Below, one piece after another: positions 24,615 to 36,827 of a stretch of 64,000 nt of DNA. The stretch lies in contig OZ076409.1 of the NCBI GenBank assembly GCA_964187785.1, positions 68,264,001 through 68,328,000 on the forward strand. The letters run 5' to 3'. The stretch is from Amphiscolops sp. MND2022 (taxonomy: Eukaryota). The translations under genes and the position numbers were made by a program. How positions within the stretch are numbered: the first letter of the stretch is position 1; every line of letters begins with the position of its first letter. The notes under the pieces were generated by a model. That model was given only the letters and a program-made list of their open reading frames with translations, made no database searches and was not told the origin of the DNA.

Positions 24615-27600
24615 ATGTCCGATCCGGGCGGTGCAACTTTCGATCCTGACTTATGGTCGTTGGTGTCATTTGCTGAGCAGAGTTAACAGGAATTAGAGGA
24701 GATGGCTTCAGGCATTGAAGCACATTCAGAAGAAGCGCTGGCCGCTGAGGCTGAACAATTGGACTTGCCGTGTTGTCAATTCGCCGGGCGAGTTACGTCG
24801 ACGTCACTCGGTGGCATGAACGCGTTGTTGGAACTTGCTCTATCCGATGAATTCAGTGAGTACTCTTCTTGTGACTGCGTTATTCTGGTTGCGGGCACTA
24901 TGTCTTGTCTCGCCATTTGTGTTTTGCTCGAGTCTTTTCTACCCCCTTTTTTCTTTTTCTTCAGAGGTATACCATAGCATTGCTGTGCAAAAGTCCGTTG
25001 TGTTTTGTATTATTTGGGTAGTATTAGCGCACTTTAGCGTTAGGCTATACAGGGGTGCCTCATGATCAGATATTGATTCCATCTTTTGCCTCATTCGTAG
25101 GTGACGTAGATGTTCCGACGTTACTCAACTACATCCGAGCTTTCCCGCGGGGAGATATTCCAGAGGGCGTGGCTCCTCCAGACTGTGTGGGCGAGCGAGT
25201 GCACCAGTTGATGGACGCGCAATTGGGTTAGTGCTGCATCGGAGCTTCGTTGTTATTGCATTTAAAGTCGTGTAGTAGCGTAGAATTGTGTTGGTTTGGT
25301 TCCGTTCATTGTCAGGAACGGGTAGCATCAGTTGGTGAGGGGAAACTAATCAACATGCCAGAATCAGTATTGTTTGGTTTTAATAGGGACAGAAGACTGT
25401 GCAGTTCTGTCGTTGGAGGATCTTTTGGAACGAGTGGAGACCCGACTGGAGAAGTGCGTGAGCCAGTTGACGAAAGCGATTTTGGAGTCCTCTTTGGGAG
25501 AAGTTGGATCAGCCGGGGCACTCCGTGTTGATGAATTTTGGAAGACTTTCAAGACTCTGCAAGGAATTCTTGTGAAGCAACGTGCTGATGTGGCGACTCG
25601 TAGGGCGATGCCTTCAATTGATTTGTCGTCCTTGGAGATAGGCAGTTCGGGTACTATTTCTTTCTGGTTCCGGGGGTTCTGGAACTGGATCTTATGTGCC
25701 AACTGTGTTTGGAGGTCCTGGATCTGTGACAGCGGCTGACCAGCCTGGTGTCGGGACATCCGCAACTCCCAAACGTGGTAAAGACTTTCAAGATCACATG
25801 TAATGTTATACTAACTTTTGGACCGAACTAAAGCATTAAGGCTATTTCTAGGCGTGTAGAGTTTCTTGCAGGGGGACATAGACAGTAGCTTGAATATCCA
25901 TGGTGTTTTTTTGTTTAATTGTTGTTTTAGTGACGAAGAGGAGGCTCAATACTTTGAAACCGTCCTATTTCGTTTCAAGTGTTGTGGGCTTCTTTGTCGG
26001 GTTTCCACGGCATAAGCGTGTGCTCGATGGTTCCGCGCGTTGTTTGATGTGTCGGGTGGACCTCAGCATTGCAGGTCGTGGCTTGCAGAATTTATGGGGT
26101 CATTGGAAGGGTGCGAAGCATACACGATTAGAGCAGAAGTTTCGCATAATGATCCAACGTCCGTTACTGGATAAATCGTGTCGGTTGGTCTCAGCTGAAG
26201 AAGATAGGACGATACGACTAGAACGCATCGTCGAACCACCAGTTTAACTGGAGTCTCCTATTAGTTTGTCCCTGGAAGAACGCGTTGCGTTGGAGCGTGA
26301 AACCGAAGAAGAAAACTCTCGGCGAGTTCTATCAGAAGAGAGTGCTTCGTACTTGTGGTTGTGTTTCTCCTTGAACTGCTTTGGAACAGTTACTGGTTTT
26401 GAATCACTGATGCGTTTGATGGACGGGTGGGCTAGCAGCTTGAGAGGAGAACTGAGTTTTGTGGCACGGAGTCTTACTGTTGCGAAATGTCAGGTATCGT
26501 TGTATTCCGTGTTTGTTTTCCAATTTAGGTTCTTTGTACCGGGGGGGGGGGTCGTAATGTTCTGTAAAATGCATGTTACATGTACTAGGACTTATATGTT
26601 ACATGGTGTGAGGTATGTTGAATGTTGGAAGGTCTGTATTTTTGTTTGTTTAGAGTTTGCTATTATATGGGGTGTACCCGTACGTGATTGAGAAAATGAG
26701 TGGCTTCGTACATTCTGGGAGTCGAATGGGTCTCCGAGTGTACTCTGACGGAAATTTCTGGCGGGTCGACTGTCATTTCGTAAACGAAACCGAATCGAAG
26801 ACCGTTACTCTGGTTACTTGGCCGTGGGGTGACCGTTGGAAGGAGGAGGTGATCGGCTTAACTGTCACTTTTCTGTCGTGATTGGATCCGTTGCCGAGTT
26901 TGTGTAGTGTTGTAGTGGACACCCATGTCGCTGTTGGCTGGTCGTTGGCCCATTTTGGACCTGCGGGCAAGTCGGTTGTGATGCGTTTTTACGATGTACT
27001 GTGTTTGATTACAGCGGAGCATCCGGCAGCAGTTTCGTCAGCGTATCGGTGGTTTGGACCCTTACTACGTGCTTGAATTCCTCAAGTACCGACTGTCAAG
27101 TGTAGTGAATGGTTCAGTTTTCGACAGAATGCCCTTGTTATGACAGGTACCTTGTTATGAGTTTCTGGGTATACGGTGTTCAAATTGTATGCGTGTTGTC
27201 TAGTTTGTTTCAAAATAAAAACAGTGATGATAGGAGTAGGACTAAGGTGTTAGGGCGTCCCATACTTCCATCTCACGGGTTAAATGTTGATAATGTTTTT
27301 TTTACAGTACGTGCGGAGTGAAGAATTGACCTTACCGCAGTTGGCTGCCGTGTGTGGAAAGCTAGTTGAACGGTGGGACGATCTGGCAGTCTACTTTGGC
27401 AATGAGGGCATTGGGTGCACGATGGAGCTGAGATCGATCCCCAGTCTGAATTTTGTCATTCTAAATGACCGATTGGCTCGACCGCAGATGGCTATGCTAA
27501 GATGGTTATTGGACAAAGGCGAGTATGAACGTTTGGTTGCGAGTTTTTTTGTTGTTGTTTAGTGGTTGTCTGGGCAAAAGAGAAAAAAAGTTAATTGATC

Positions 27601-28948
27601 GAGAAAATTGGTTGTAGTATTTCTCTTTTTTAATGTTCGGTTAAGGGTGGGAAACTGATTTCGCTTAGGCCATAATTTTGATGGTTGGGATGTTCGTTTT
27701 AGTCGTGACGTCTTTTCCTCGAGGGTGTACGAACTGTCGTGACCGCGACCTATGTTTGAAGTCGAGTTTATGACATTCCTTCGACGACTGAGATGTACGG
27801 TCCAAGATGCAGACAAGGTCCCTGCAGCGTTTGATCACGATCTTCTGCTCAGTACCAAGCTGATTGAGCTTGGTGTTGTTCCTCAGGAGCGATACAAGGC
27901 TTTGTTCGTCCAATACTTTGGGCTTCGACGTTCTCGACCAGCAGCGCGTGTTATATCGAAAGATCCAATTGTTCGTGGCTAAATTATGCGAAGGTCTTGT
28001 TGCTGATTAGCATTCGGATTTGGAGGGAAGACTTAATCTCTCTGCATTTGCTCCCGAGGCTCTTTACAGTCGTTCAAAAGACCGAGTCGTGGATTCCCTA
28101 ATGGACTGTTGTTTGTTACTGACTCGTCTAGATTTTCTCAGTGGCGTTCAGGGTGCCAAAGTTGTCCAGCAGTATGATGAAGTTTACAATTATTTTTTGC
28201 ACCGTTGGCTTAGTCAGTCATCTACTGGTCCTATGGTTGATGATATCATTACCTTGTGGCGGTCTTATCCCTTTTGGTCGCGTTGTGCGGATTTCTTGGA
28301 TGTCTTCAAAATCGTCATTTGTTGTTCTGGTCGAAGTCAGTATGTAGCTTATTTTCTGGATGTCGGAGTGACTGCTCTAAGTCAAGAGCAAGTGCTATCG
28401 AGCATGAACTTAGTTTGCAGTCGGACAAGTGCGGCGGCGCAAGGAAACTGATGACTGGATTTCTCCGTCACTGTGAGACTACAGATATGCAGGTGTCCCG
28501 ACTGATGGATCCTGAGAGAGGTCGGCCCTGGGATCAATTGTTGAAGGTGGGCGTTGATGAGGTGTTGTCTCGATGTTATCGTGTCATTCACGAAGGAACT
28601 GTAGAATCGCCGGGCATTTCAGTCGACGACTATAGATCAGCGATGTGTGCGCAGTTAAGGAACAGTGCTGACGACGTACAAGCACAGACGAAGAGCCGAT
28701 CCCGTAATGCTGCGCCGCGTAGGTCTCTTGTTACTTTCTCTGTTGCTGATGATGAGCCCCCAATTCGTCATGTTGCGCGTGGAAGACGGCCTCGTTCTCA
28801 GAAAGATGTGAGTTTACCTTCCAGTTCACGTGGTAGTAAAGGGAAGGAAACCGCTAGTGCAGAGCCCGTTTCGAAGAAAACAGCAAAGAAGGCCGGGAAG
28901 CGAAAGTTGGCGAACGTTATGATGAGTGAATCATCAGAAGAGTATTAG
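24615..28948 (+). pseudogene. Antisense multi-exon gene in Gypsy C: BED-like zinc finger plus degenerate hAT-transposase-like protein
   Basis: Phase-compatible exons 24615-24855, 25101-25226, 25387-25777, 25931-26493, 26654-27146, 27308-27518 and 27669-28948. Introns are GT-AG except a GC donor at 27519. Contains CLMC-x16-H-x5-H. Collinear homologue in element D. Several premature stops and frameshifts. Confidence 0.75.
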
Positions 28949-29590
28949 CTAGTTCGTGAGACTTAGACTTAGACAAAACTAGTTGAAACTGAATTTTTAA
29001 CAAACTTTGTGAATCAGCCATTTGTGTTGTTTTTGTGATACTGATTGGTGTCGTATTGTTCTTGGCGTTGACGTCATCGTTTCATCGTTTTTTGTTTATT
29101 TAGTTTTTGGCTAAAACTCGTTGTTAGTCCCAGTAGGGGACGTTTAGTTTTCCTTGCTGCGTTCTTTTATGTATGATATACATGTGCTTTTTGTAACATG
29201 CTTCTGGCGTTTGAGTGAATTGTTACAAGAATTTTTTGTTACATGAATTTGATAGAGCTTGTATATGGTACCCTCGTTTAATTTGATGACGCTATATTAC
29301 TGGAATGCGTTTGGAATTGAAAATTGTACTCCGTTGTTTGTTTTAGAAATTCTTTGTAAGGTAGGACAGAGTTGGTAGTAGTTCGTGTTTTGTACCGGTG
29401 TGCGTTGTTAGCTTTAGCTAGGTAGTGAAGTTGAAGGACACTTTCTTCAATTTACATTTTGCTGAGGTTTTTACATGAAAAGCATGAAGTAGCAGCGAAT
29501 TAACTTTTGTTTACATGTATCTTAATTTCCGGGATTGGAAAGACGACTGTCGATATGATTGAAAGTTTGTTTTTATTTTTGTTTGTGATG

Positions 29591-29737
29591 TTCAGTTCAT
29601 TGGGAAGGTGAATTGCCGTCGCAACCACCCATACAAAACTAACACTGAATCCAGTTGCTAAAGAGCAACCTTCATCTGTATGGTGACGACCAACCACACA
29701 AGCGCGCTTTTTAACGACGCACCCACACATCCAGCAC
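29591..29737 (-). ncRNA. Candidate structured cis-RNA element downstream of pol in Gypsy C
   Basis: Shares ordered blocks GTGCTGG, ACCATA, GATGAA, TGGATTC, GTTAGTTTTGTA and a GACG-loop hairpin with 50918-51080. The intervening stems differ in sequence but still pair. Confidence 0.6.
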
Positions 29738-30483
29738 TATGGGTGTAGTTTGAAATGGGTGGGGGCATGGTTGTGTTGTTATACCGTTTGCCAGGCAGCA
29801 CAACGTCACTATTAGTTCGTTACTCTAGTTGGGAACGGTATTTGCGTTCACGTTTTGCCAGGTCGTTTTGTTTGATCGTTATTTATTCGAAGTAATTTAC
29901 TTCTATTGTAGTTGTGGTAACTTTGGTGTGATTTGAATAAATTATCATTCGTTAATTTGTTCGTTACATGTAATTCCGAACCGTGTTTGTTGGGGTGACT
30001 AGTGTCCGCAGTCGTTGCGTTACTGTCCATTCGACTTTAGCGGCAGTTAGTGTTTAGGAATGAAACGGTTCAAGTAGCGTCGACGGCAAGTTTATTTGTT
30101 TCATTTCAGCTTTGGCAGTGTTGGTATTACTGGCTGAGGACTGGTATGGTGTGGTGTAATTGTAGAACAATTACCTTCGTGGTCTAGATAGTTATTAATC
30201 ACGACTGCTGTTGTCAGTCGTTACTGAGTGGTACAGTTTTTAATAAATCAAAAAAAAGAAAATTATTTTTTTGTCGTGTGAAGTACGTTTTGGTACACGT
30301 TTTTCTTTACTGTAAATGTCTGACATTTACTTGGAGTGTCTAAAGATTGTTAGCTTGTTTTGTTGTTTTGCAGAAATTTTTGTAAGCCTGGTTTTACTTG
30401 AAGTTCATGAACAAGGAAGTCACGGTAAGTCTTCGGTGCAGGTTGAGCCCGTAGATTGTAACGGGTATTGTTATTGCGTGACG

Positions 30484-33400
30484 TTACCGTTGCTTCGTCG
30501 TTGGTGTTTGGCAGATCATTGTAGTTAGTTGCAGCTTCATCGGGTTCGGCCCGATATTCGTCGCCAGTACTGACGATGGAATCGTCAATTGGTGGTACGA
30601 AGGTTTGAGGAGAGTTTCGGGGATAGGTTGTGCCATTTGTCGGTCCGTTAACCTTTGGACGCGTTCGTAGTATATGATACCATGTTCGATATCGAGCTCT
30701 TCAGGGTCTGCTAGTGCGGGAGTTCTCTCAAAGTGGATTGTCTGAGGTAAGTGGTCGTTGAAGAGCTCCTGATCGTCATGCGCTTCAGGATCAGCAAAGA
30801 ATAGATTTTGATCTTCGTCAATGTCTTGTATAGGTGTGTTCGGGATGAAAAGACGTAGTCGCATCCTGTGGACGCATTGTGTGCGTAAAGTATCGACTTT
30901 CCTAATTACGTAGTTGAAATTAGTTAAGACTTTTACTACTTTGAAAGGGCCTTCCCAATTGAAGTTATTGAAGGCAATTTTGTCTGACTGGTCAGTGATT
31001 TTCGGGTTGAGTAGGAACACAAAGTCATAAACTTTCAGCGGTGATGCCTGAGTTTCACGGTCGTAGCACCTTTTGTACTTGCGGTTGGCTTGAAGTATGT
31101 TATTGCTGACTTGTTTGTATTTCTCATTCACTTGGTCGATCAATTTCGTAAAATCAGTTTCTTGTGTTCGGCATTGCAGGGGATTGCTGAACTTGAGTTC
31201 TAGTGCGTTAAACGGTACTCTACCATGAAACACTTCGCTAGGGGTGCATTTAAGTGCTTGGTGGTAGGTTGTGTTATGGGCCATTACTGCGAGGTTAACG
31301 CACTTGTCCCATTGGGGAGAGTCAGCTGCGACGTTGATTTTCAGTATCAGCTTTTGTCTTTGATGGGAACGTTCAACCATCCCTATGGTCTGTGCGTGCT
31401 TTACAGTTGCGTGCTCGATTTGTATTCCGGCAGTTCTCATTATTTCGGGCATGATGCTGGATGTGAAGGCTGAGCCTTTATCGGTTATGATTGTCTTCGG
31501 GATGTAGGCATGGTGAGTAAAAATCTGCATCAGTGCATTTAGTACGGATTTAGTGTCGATGGTTTGCGAATCGGAATAGCGAACAGGTAGCGCGAGAAGT
31601 AATCGCACGCCGTCAGGATGTGCGTATATCCATTTGAGCAGGGCATTTCGCCTACCAGATCAATCTCGAGTATGTCTTCAGGACCATTGCAGGGGTCATA
31701 GATCTTCTCTAGAGGTGGAGTTAGGCGTTTTGGGTAACTGGGTTTAGCTTTTAGACAATCCGTACAGTTGCTAACGAATTTTCAAACGTGTTCACTAAGA
31801 TTAGGTATGTATTAACGCTTGCGGAGTTCTACCAACATTTTGGATGCCTCAGGGTGTCCCTGCATGGGGTCACCGTGCATCGTCCTGATTATGGGCATCG
31901 TAGTTCCTGGAGGTACTACAATTTGTTTAAATAGAACTCTACCAGTGTCATCAAAAAAGTTCCTAGACAAAACCTTGTTGACCACTTCAAGGCGTTTTCT
32001 ATTGTTTCACGAGTTTTTGGAAAAAAGAGCTGGTAAAATTTACGTGGTTAGGAAGAGGTTTGTTGTTAACTAAGACTCGAACCATTTTTTGGACGTCTTG
32101 GTTACTTAGTTGTTCCTGGACTATTTGTGAATCCCTTTGCGGGCATACCTGGTTTACCGGGTTGGGGTGCGGTCTTCTGGTAAACTTCGTCAGCATGATG
32201 GAAGGAGCTTCACCTGCTATGACTGGCTCGAGGTGACGACAGATGATCTGGATCATTCTAGCTCGGTCGTCGTCATGCTGGTGTTGGGTGTCCGCGAGGG
32301 AATGAAGCAAGGATTGTATTTGATTGAAGGCATCTTGAGTTTTGAGTTCGTTAAGTTGGTTCTGTTCCAGGGGTCAGCTGTTGTAGGCTGTTGTGGTTCA
32401 TCAGGATCGAAGTCTTCTTCATCGTCGTCTTGTTTTGGAGTTTTGCTGCCAGGTCAATCTCTATGGAGTGGACAGGGATCTGGTCGTTAAATTTCAGGTG
32501 GATCCCGTTTTCGGGGTTAATGTCGAGCCTGGACAGGTAGTCAGCGGCTGGGTTTTCAACACCTGGTACGTGGGCTAATACGAAGTCGAATTGCAAGGCT
32601 TGGTTGCAATGATTCCACAGTTTCGGTGAGATCCGCTTCGATTGGAAAAAGTGGGTTAGCGCTTTGTTGTGTGTCATCACGATGGTGGGTTTCTTCACTC
32701 CCCACAGTATGTGAGCGAACTCGTCGAAGGCGAAATGCATGGCTAAAAATTCTTTCGCCTACATAGTCAATGACATTTGGCCTTCAGTGAACCGTTGGGA
32801 GCCAAAAGCAACGGGTGCATATGTCTTCTTCTTGTCGTCGTTACCTTCGGTGTAGTCTTCGATGAACAGCACGTACCCTGCTGCGTGTTCGCTGGCGTCA
32901 CACATGATGTCAAGTTGTTTGTCAGGTAATGGCAATCTGAGTGACAGTTTCGCAGCTCGTGCTAGATTTTCGTTTATGTTGAAAATCGCATCCTTGTGTA
33001 CCTGCTTCAGTACGAACTTGACATCTTTTTGCAGTAGTTTGTACAGTGGGACGAGCTTCTCAGCCAATTTCGGAATGTATTGTCTGTAGAACTGGACAAT
33101 TTCGATGTACCGCTGGAGCGATTTGGCTGATGTTGGCAGTTTCAGCTTTTTGAGGAAGTTGTCAATGCGGTCTTCGAGGGGTGCGATGCCCTTGGTGGTT
33201 ATGCTTCGACCCAGGAGTTCGATCTTCGGGTGTCCGATGGCGCACTTTGACATCGAGAGTTTCAAGCCTGCTTTCTGTATCTGCTGGAAAACTGCTTCGA
33301 TGTTGGCAACCAGTTCGTCCACGTTGGTTGCAGCTACTCCAATGTCGTCAACGTTTTGTGCACATTTGTCTGCTTTTACTAGTGCATCAAGGTACTCCCG

Positions 33401-34940
33401 GATTGTGCTGTTGAATGCAGACAGTGATCAGTTCAATCCTTAAGCGAGACGAAGGTATGCAAAGGTTCTGCTGCCAAAGTTAAATGCAAGAAGTTGGATT
33501 GATTGTTCATTGGCCATCTGAAGGCAGTGGTAAGCTTGTGAACAATCAAGCTTGCAGAAGTACTTCTTGCCAGCCATGTGTTGAGCTGCATCTGCTATTG
33601 TTGTGATTGTGTTGGTTGTAGTCGTTCTTGAGAAGGTGATTGATGCGTCTCAAGTCGACTAGTTTTCGAAATTTTCCATTTGGCTTCCATTGTGCAAATA
33701 TCGGGGTAGAAAATTTGCTGTACGGAAGAGTAGTGATGACTCCGTATTCTTGCATCAGGGCCAATTCGACAAGGAGATCATCGTTCATGTTGGTCGGAGT
33801 CAGTAGGCTCTGTGCGTACACTGGGTCGTCGTGTTTGGGTGTAAGCTTGATTTTGAAATCAGTGTTGATGCCTTTGTCGAGGCAGTGGCGTGCAAAAATC
33901 ATGTGGTATTTGACCAGTAGTGCTTCGATCCTCTGTTGCTCTTGCTCTGTGAGGATCGAGTTGTCCCAGCTGAAGTTCTTCAGGAACGTCTGTCGTTGGT
34001 CGTCGTCACATGTGGGATCGAGTTTCTCGGCTTCTCGGAGTTGAATGATTTCGTCATATATTTGGCGCTCAATTTTATTGAGTTTGTCGGAGTCGTCGCA
34101 TGTTTCCGGGGTTGGGTACCATCGCTTGTCCTTGGTTGCACTGGGCTCCTGGAACAACTGATTGATCACATTGTTTGCTTCATCTGGAAATTTGGAAATG
34201 AGGGTCAGTTGTTCGTTTGTCATTGGTTGGACGTTCTTCGCTTGGTTTGGGGTCAAAATGCGGAAAACTGCGACTGTTGTGTGTTGTGGAATCATTATTG
34301 CGTGGTCCAAATGGTTGGTGATTTGAACATGGCTCTGCTGCTTGTTTATTTCGGACATCGATGGAGACACCAGTAGTTCCGTCTTGCGTTCGAATGCCGG
34401 GAACGCTTCCACTGTGCCTGTTACATTACCAATGTCTTTTTCAGCAATGACTGGGACGAATATTTGTTGTCGGGGTGAGATGGTTGTCTTCTGTGATGCC
34501 CTGAGCTCCAACGTTTGTAATTTGAATTTCCCGTTTTGTGGCTTCAGTTGGAGGGTGATATCTGGAAATCTGACAATGTTGTTTGCGAGGTCTAGGGTCA
34601 CAGAGTATTTTTTGAAGAAGGATATTCCGATCAAAACTCTTCCCATTAAGGGTAATATCATGAATGTTTCTTCGAACACTTTTCCACCAATAAAAAGTCG
34701 GAGGAGAAACTTGTTTCCGTACCGGAACGATACTTCCATTGGCAATTTGGACTTTGAATTCCGGCGCTGGGTATTCTTCAAGTTGGGCGGCCGGGTGGGC
34801 TTGCAGTATCCGTCGGAGTTCGTTTTTAGACATTGCACTTTGTATTGCTCCTGTGTCCAGTAGTCCTTGGTTTTCGTATGCTCTAAATTGTAGGAGAACA
34901 TAGAGCATTCTATTTCGTTTGTCGAGTTGTAATGTCGCAC
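30484..34940 (-). pseudogene. pol (PR-RT-RH-IN) of Gypsy C, frameshifted
   Basis: LLDTGAIQS protease; RT (KLVDLRRIN, NVDDIG); RNase H (CDASEHAAG); integrase (TDKGSAF, GMVER, WEGPF). Closely parallel to D pol. Confidence 0.92.
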
Positions 34941-35504
34941 TGAGGGGCCTGACAGTTGTTGGTTTTAGGTGGTTAGGCTACTTCAGTTAGGGTGGGTGTT
35001 TCTGGTTTTGCACTTTCGCCTGGGTGGGCGTCTTGTGCGTTGTTGACTCCCTTGTAGTACAGTCTTTAAATGTACATGTGGGATCATCGCCAACTTGTGG
35101 GAGTCTGTTTTAGTTTTTGGTGGATACTTTGTGTACGTAGTATTTCTTAGATTGCAGAGTCCGGTTGTCAGAATGCTGCCGACATTCTGACGTCTGAGTC
35201 ATCGAGTCGTCGGAGTAGTTGGTCTGTGGCTGTTTGCGCGCACTTGTAGTCTGGTTGCGTTGTGGATGACGTGGCTTTACAAGTTTCTTGAATTCGTGTT
35301 GAATTCTTCGTTGTACTCCTCGTCATAGCAGTCGTTGTGACCTTCGGTCTGTGTGGGCTCAATTGTTACTTGTGACACCTGGTATGGCGGTTGTCGGGTA
35401 TTTTGGGATTGTCGGAAACCCCGGCGGAACTCTCGGTTCTCTGTCAGGGACTGTTTCTGGTAGGGTACGTTCTGGTACGCTGAGGCGACCTGGACTCAAT
35501 TTCT

Positions 35505-36827
35505 TCAGTCTTGTGCAGAGTGCCCAACTTTTCCACAGATTTGGCACACGAGCTTCGAGTTGTATCTAGGTTTGTTGGTCTGGGACTGTTGGTTGTTGTT
35601 GTCTGGTTGAGGGCGTTGGTAGGTTTTGGTTTTAATTCCGTTGGCTTCGTCCCTGAGACGTTTTCGGCATTCAATCCATTTGTGACCGACAATGTTGCAA
35701 TATCGGCAGTTGCCTTCAAATTTTCGTTTGACCTCCTTGTTTGTAGTTGTTTTCCCTGAGTTATTGGTAGTAGCTGTTTGTTGATTGGCTTGCTGTTTTA
35801 CGGGGTAATTCTGGAGATTGTTCAGTGGTTGCATCCCTGAAGTGTTAGATAGCAGTTGTGCGTATTGGCAGCGTCTCTGGACAAAAGTCTTGATTTCTTC
35901 ACTAGTTGCTTCGTGTTTTCCTGCCATTGCCAGCTCATTTTGTATCTGGATTGGTAATTTGGCGAACAGGAATGTTTCGGCTATGTCATTGGCTTTGTCT
36001 CCGTACGCTTGTTTTGCTAGTTTTTTGAATTTTGTGAGAAAGTCAGCAAACGACTCCGTTGTTGGATCGTATCTCATTTGGTCGAATTTGTACTTCGATA
36101 CTTGCTTGAGGTTGTCTTTGGCATACTCTTTGTTAAATGCCTGGAGAATCTCAGTAAGCGTGGTTTCGGTCGTAATCTTCAGGGTTTGCCAGAAGTCGAT
36201 GGCATCGTCCCTGAGGAGGCTTTGGAAGTAATTTAATTCCTGTTCTTCCGTCAGTATATGCATGTGTGACCGGAGGTGGTTTTTGAGTAGATGTTCAAAC
36301 TCATTATACTTCTCTCGGTTCCCGCGGAAGAGGGGGACCTGCGTTTGGAGAATTTTTGGCTGGATCACTCCATCGGTCATAGTTGCTCTGAGGTGTTGTA
36401 TTTCTGACATGACGTCTCCCATTTGTGGATCCTGTAGTGAATGGGGGGTTGTTCTTGGTGGTTGAGCATTGGGCGTAGGAAGTGGGTTTGCCGAGACTCC
36501 TGTCACCATGTCAGAACGTGTCGACGTCTCTGGGCTTGATACGTCTCTACTGTTCTCTTCCCTACTGTTGGGTATTTTATCAGTAAGGGCTCTCACAATA
36601 CTTGTAAGTTCTCCAATTTGACGATTCATTTCTAGGAAACGTTGTTCGATCCTGTGTTTTTCATGATCCCTTTCTATGGATCTCGCGTCACTTTCAATAT
36701 CATTGTTGGAATTAGTTTCGATGTAATGATCCGCTACACTCATTTCGTCATCTTCGTCAGAGTGTCTATCTATATCAGTCTGTTCAAATCTGCTTTCTCT
36801 ATTGTATCTTGATCGAGTATTCACCAC
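35505..36827 (-). CDS. gag: gag of Gypsy C (C-terminus continues after a frameshift)
   Basis: 440-aa ORF with CCHC knuckles CRYCNIVGHKWIEC and CQICGKVGH. Starts inside the 5' LTR. Confidence 0.88.
   Translation of the reverse strand: MVNTRSRYNRESRFEQTDIDRHSDEDDEMSVADHYIETNSNNDIESDARSIERDHEKHRIEQRFLEMNRQIGELTSIVRALTDKIPNSREENSRDVSSPETSTRSDMVTGVSANPLPTPNAQPPRTTPHSLQDPQMGDVMSEIQHLRATMTDGVIQPKILQTQVPLFRGNREKYNEFEHLLKNHLRSHMHILTEEQELNYFQSLLRDDAIDFWQTLKITTETTLTEILQAFNKEYAKDNLKQVSKYKFDQMRYDPTTESFADFLTKFKKLAKQAYGDKANDIAETFLFAKLPIQIQNELAMAGKHEATSEEIKTFVQRRCQYAQLLSNTSGMQPLNNLQNYPVKQQANQQTATTNNSGKTTTNKEVKRKFEGNCRYCNIVGHKWIECRKRLRDEANGIKTKTYQRPQPDNNNQQSQTNKPRYNSKLVCQICGKVGHSAQD
36496..36508 (-). promoter_or_regulatory. 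PBS TGGTGACAGGAGT (tRNA-Leu-like)
   Basis: Directly follows the 5' LTR; an identical 13-mer is the PBS of element D. The tRNA assignment is from recall. Confidence 0.8.

Noticed and set aside
24615..28948. env gene in the post-pol position
   Set aside because: The coding signal is antisense and spliced, with a zinc finger and no clear signal peptide, furin site or TM anchor. No long sense ORF is present.
24615..28948. Independent hAT insertion or host gene nested in Gypsy C
   Set aside because: No TIR or 8-bp TSD was seen, and the same gene occurs at the same position and orientation in the related element D.
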